NCBI GenBank assembly: GCA_963826925.1
Contig: CAWGYX010000009.1
Location: 15,899-79,898 of the forward strand
Direction: 5' to 3'
DNA from: an uncultured Acidobacteriota bacterium
Lineage (GTDB): Bacteria; Acidobacteriota; Terriglobia; Terriglobales; Acidobacteriaceae
DNA length: 64,000 bases
The notes beneath the pieces were generated by a model that saw only the letters and a program-made list of their open reading frames with translations, ran no database searches and was not told the origin of the DNA. The position numbers and the translations under genes were made by a program. Within the stretch, counting starts at the first letter, position 1; every line of letters begins with the position of its first letter. Below, piece after piece: positions 59,902 through 64,000 of this stretch.

Positions 59902-60543
59902 TTATTTTTCCGGCCTGAATCGGAGGGCCATCTTGCCCGCCGGTCCTTTGTAATGCAGTTCCAGGTCCTTCGGCTTCACCTTGCCCACAATCTGGAAGAA
60001 CAGAAGTCCTGAGGTAGGCTCGCTGATCTCTTTTTCAGGCAGAATCTTTGCGTTCAGCGCCGCAAGCAGCGGATTCTCTTTGTCGTCACGCGATTCCTCG
60101 ACTTTCACGTCCGGGGTGGGAGTTGCGCCGGAATTGCCCACCCCTCCGCCGCCAATTCCGATGCCGCCGAATCCGATGGTCGGCCGATTCGGATGGTCTC
60201 CCAGCCCCCTGCGCATTCCACCTGGGGTCACGGCCAGGCTGTCCCTCCCGGCTAGTTGCCCAGGCGCAAACGGCTCAGAGCGCTGGCCGTCCTTGCCAGA
60301 GATCAGCAGGAAATCGTCCAGGCTCAATTGAACCGGTTTATCGCTCACGGGCCGCGCCGTCAAGCGGATGACCACGATGTCGGCGCTCAAATCCGATCCG
60401 AGTTCCTGTTTGATCTGATCTTTATCCAGCGGCGCCGAAACCAAGATGTCGAGAAGATCGTTGGAAGTCTCGTCGATAGGGAGCTTCTTGTCGCCGGCGC
60501 CGAGCACCGCTAGCGAAACGCAAAAGAGGAGCAGGCACTTCAT
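59902..60543 (-). CDS. secreted hypothetical protein with Gly-rich central segment
   Basis: Intact. Signal MKCLLLFCVSLAVLGAG. ...GFGGIGIGGGGVGNSG.... It lies 34 nt downstream of the NHL protein gene on the same strand. Confidence 0.5.
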   Translation of the reverse strand: MKCLLLFCVSLAVLGAGDKKLPIDETSNDLLDILVSAPLDKDQIKQELGSDLSADIVVIRLTARPVSDKPVQLSLDDFLLISGKDGQRSEPFAPGQLAGRDSLAVTPGGMRRGLGDHPNRPTIGFGGIGIGGGGVGNSGATPTPDVKVEESRDDKENPLLAALNAKILPEKEISEPTSGLLFFQIVGKVKPKDLELHYKGPAGKMALRFRPEK

Positions 60544-60576
60544 GACGTCCACCTTTTCGAATTATACGGCGGCCAG

Positions 60577-63291
60577 CTACTCGACAGCGACCGTGACCGT
60601 GCGCGTGGTGCTGATTCCACCGATCGACACCGCGATCGGCACATCGCCGGGGCTGACCCCGGCCGGTATGGTCGCGTCGATTTGGAAGACCCCGGTGGGC
60701 AGGAATGGCGCGGCTCCCGCGTATTGGATCGTTGCTGTTTTTTCGCCAAATTTGACCGTGACCGCAGCCTGCGTCGTCGAATACGGAGTCGAGATCACGA
60801 GCGCTCCATCGGGTAGCGCGGGCGTAGTCACTCCCTCGCCGGTTCCAAACAATGTGACGATTGACCCGCGCGCAGCAGGATTCGCGTGGCTGTTATACGA
60901 ACCGTCCTGATTGAAAATCGCGCCTTGGCCCGATCCACTCGCGTCGACAGTGGAGAGCCCGAACGCGGAAGAAGCGACTGGAACCGTGACCGGGGTCGAG
61001 GTGACGCCGTCCACATCAACGATCACTTGAGTGGAAGTACTGTTTGCAACACCGTAAGGAACGAACACGTTGATTTGGTTCGGGGTGCGCGCCGTGATGG
61101 CGCCTTCGTTGCCAAGGCCAAAGTACACGTGTACGTTGTTCAGCGCCTTCGGAATGATGTTGTTCTGCGCTGCGGCGACATCGAGACCGGGAGGCCCGAA
61201 GTTGGAGCCGAAAATAGTGATCAACTCGCCCGGAGCGATGGTGCCGCCGGCTAGGCTGGCCGCATTGACGATCCCGCCGGCGGAAATCGCGGGCGCCACG
61301 GTGGGAGGTGATCCGTGAATTCGCCGAACACGGGCGGCGGCCGCGTCCAGGAAATAGAGATCGCCGTTCGGCGCAAAGGCGAGTGCTGAAGGTGAGATAT
61401 ACGCGGACTCCGCCGCTCCCCCGTCTCCATAAGAGCAACAACCACCTCCAAAGGCGAGGTTTTCCTTGAATAACCCGGGGTGGGGGCCGCTTTTGTTCCC
61501 CTGCCAAACGTTGGAAGAAGCATCAATAGCGAGCCCATACGCCGGCGGGAAGCTTGTGTCTATGAAGCTCGAAATGTTGAGGAGAGTAAAGTTCAGATCC
61601 GGTGTGTAGCGCTCAATAGCTCCAGCTCCATTCCGGCAACAGATGTAAATGTTGTCCGCAGCATCAACCGCAATGCCCTGACCATCGCCGGGGCCAAATG
61701 TATTGCTGAAGTCCTGCGGTGGTGATCCCGGAGCGATCCGGTCGAAACGACCAAAAAAGCTAGCGAAGTACACCCGATCTTGGGAATCAATTGCAAGTTT
61801 GGGGAAGATTCCTTGTTGCCCGGAATTTAGGTCCGCTACTTTGCTGATCACGGCTTCCGTCGAAACGACGTACACCGATCCGGAGGCGTCCGCGAAGTAA
61901 ACTTGGCCTTTGCTGTCCACTGCTATGCTGTTGACCTCAGTTAGTTCGGTTGTCAACGCGGGACCACTTGGTGGAGTAGAGGAACACTGGCCGGTACCGG
62001 CCACTGTGGAAAGGAGACCCGCCGAATCGATCTTTTGAATAATGCAAGTCTGACCGACGTAAAGTTCACCGGCGCGATCAAACGCTAACGAGTTCGGTTC
62101 TGTGAACCATGTGTCGAGTGCCGCGGTTCCGTCCGGCGCAGGTAGAGGCTGACCACCCGCGACAGTTTGTATCTTGGCTTGGGTCGTCAATTGGCGGAGA
62201 TTGTAGGCTTCCGCAAATGTCACCGTCCCGTTGGCATCGGCGGTCAGGCCAGATCCGTAGTTCGGAAACAGTTCGGTCTGCAACGCAGGGCCATCGCCTT
62301 GGGAAGTCCCCGTGAAGGTGCCGGCCACAACATTGATATTCCCATCCGTTCCGATGCGCCGGATGACGAATCCGCCGTTTCCACCCATAACGGTGCTCAC
62401 CTCTTCGGTGTAAACGTCTCCCTCCGAGTCAGCGGCAAGCCCGATGAAATCGCTTGGAGGAGCATTGAGAGCCGGCCCGCCATTGCCCGTGCCGGTTGTC
62501 GATGGAGCGCCAAACCCTGCGAAATGGTGAATTATTCCGTCGGAAGAAACACGAAGCAGGTGCGGGCCATCCGATATGTATAGGTTTCCCGCTTGGTCGG
62601 AGGCCAGCGCCGAAACAAGGCTAAACCTGGATTGCGTGGCAGGAACGTCATCAACCTCCTCCGGGCACGCTGCGCAACCCGCATACATTTCGATCTGTCC
62701 CGAAGGCGTGATCCTACGAACCTCCCAAGGGTTACCCTGCCCATTGACGGCGTAGTCGGGTTCGGCGAAATAGACGTTGTGCGACTGGTCGATTGCTAGG
62801 CCGACTACGTAGGAGATTTGAGCTTGTGTGGCGGGTCCGTCAGCTCCGAGGGTGCCTTGGATTCCCGTGCCCGCAACAGTCGCAATATTGCCGGAGAAGT
62901 CGATGCGGCGAATTCGGAAATTGACGGTATCGGCGAAATACAGATTCCCTTCGGCATCGTAGGTAGGAAAGGCAGGAGCGTTGAGTAGCGCACCCGCGGC
63001 TGGCCCCCCGTCGCCGTTGTAGCCCGGAATTCCGACCCCGCCGAGGGTTTGGATGGTTCCATCGGCGTTGATGCGCCGGATCACGTTGGCGGTGCTGTCG
63101 CAGAAAACTAAATTGCCGTTCGAATCCCTAGTAATTCCAGCAATGATGCCGAAAGCGACGTTTTGCGCCGGTACTCCCGAAGGAATGTAGCCACCGGCGA
63201 AAGTGTCGATCATAATCTGGCCGGAGGCGGAAATGGGCGCCAGGATTAAACCGCAAATGGAAATGAAGAGGCGCAAAGTTGATCGACTCAA
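60577..63291 (-). CDS. 904-aa secreted NHL-repeat protein with Solibacter-type C-terminal domain
   Basis: Intact, TTG start. Signal MSRSTLRLFISICGLILAPISASG. NHL-like units (GxGxxGDGGPAxxAxLxxPxGxAxDxxGNLYxAD). C-terminal IVNAASLAGGTIAPGELITIFGSNFGP...ALNNVHVYFG...TPNQINVFVPYG...GQGAIFNQDGS...IVTLFGTGEG...IQYAGAAPFLPTGVFQIDATIP. Confidence 0.85.
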   Translation of the reverse strand: MSRSTLRLFISICGLILAPISASGQIMIDTFAGGYIPSGVPAQNVAFGIIAGITRDSNGNLVFCDSTANVIRRINADGTIQTLGGVGIPGYNGDGGPAAGALLNAPAFPTYDAEGNLYFADTVNFRIRRIDFSGNIATVAGTGIQGTLGADGPATQAQISYVVGLAIDQSHNVYFAEPDYAVNGQGNPWEVRRITPSGQIEMYAGCAACPEEVDDVPATQSRFSLVSALASDQAGNLYISDGPHLLRVSSDGIIHHFAGFGAPSTTGTGNGGPALNAPPSDFIGLAADSEGDVYTEEVSTVMGGNGGFVIRRIGTDGNINVVAGTFTGTSQGDGPALQTELFPNYGSGLTADANGTVTFAEAYNLRQLTTQAKIQTVAGGQPLPAPDGTAALDTWFTEPNSLAFDRAGELYVGQTCIIQKIDSAGLLSTVAGTGQCSSTPPSGPALTTELTEVNSIAVDSKGQVYFADASGSVYVVSTEAVISKVADLNSGQQGIFPKLAIDSQDRVYFASFFGRFDRIAPGSPPQDFSNTFGPGDGQGIAVDAADNIYICCRNGAGAIERYTPDLNFTLLNISSFIDTSFPPAYGLAIDASSNVWQGNKSGPHPGLFKENLAFGGGCCSYGDGGAAESAYISPSALAFAPNGDLYFLDAAAARVRRIHGSPPTVAPAISAGGIVNAASLAGGTIAPGELITIFGSNFGPPGLDVAAAQNNIIPKALNNVHVYFGLGNEGAITARTPNQINVFVPYGVANSTSTQVIVDVDGVTSTPVTVPVASSAFGLSTVDASGSGQGAIFNQDGSYNSHANPAARGSIVTLFGTGEGVTTPALPDGALVISTPYSTTQAAVTVKFGEKTATIQYAGAAPFLPTGVFQIDATIPAGVSPGDVPIAVSIGGISTTRTVTVAVE

Positions 63292-63305
63292 GTCCCCAAT
63301 TGTAC

Positions 63306-64000
<695 letters not shown>

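Overview
High-GC bacterial chromosomal window (about 60-65% GC by eye). It is most likely Acidobacteriota of the Solibacter/Bryobacter type. The pointers are three NHL/SBBP beta-propeller proteins ending in a shared ~200-aa C-terminal module (recalled as the Solibacter TIGR03437 domain), many Sec/Tat-secreted hydrolases, an ECF sigma pair and a large TPR lipoprotein. I call about 55 protein genes and saw no rRNA, tRNA or CRISPR. Core blocks are scpA-scpB-rluB-CoA-binding, fabH-rfbD, htrA-POTRA, a PAS-PAS-HK-REC-HPt hybrid kinase, an HD-GYP/GAF protein, MFS-TolC efflux and pobA. Accessory content: an AT-richer type II R-M pair (SPPY beta-class methyltransferase plus PD-(D/E)XK nuclease); one IS110-family element inserted just 3' of a 2262-aa surface protein carrying 5.6 exact-period 690-bp tandem repeats; an orphan CopG/BrnA-type antitoxin; and tandem alpha/beta hydrolases. 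Main caveat: many genes are broken by single-base indels, almost all a surplus base, and these are very unevenly distributed. I stitched ORF-track fragments by hand, so junction coordinates are approximate, and I treat the breaks as probable consensus errors rather than pseudogenes. I did not find a clear multi-gene novel system. Best leads: (1) the 690-bp repeat module of the giant protein; (2) a sense-oriented (TTCTGAA)n heptamer array in two intergenic spacers upstream of envelope genes; (3) structured non-coding flanks of the IS110 element as candidate bridge RNA; (4) a secreted two-gene cassette whose small protein matures to an N-terminal His-His; (5) an unlisted 52-aa metallothionein-like ORF. 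All family names are from memory of motifs; no database search was run.
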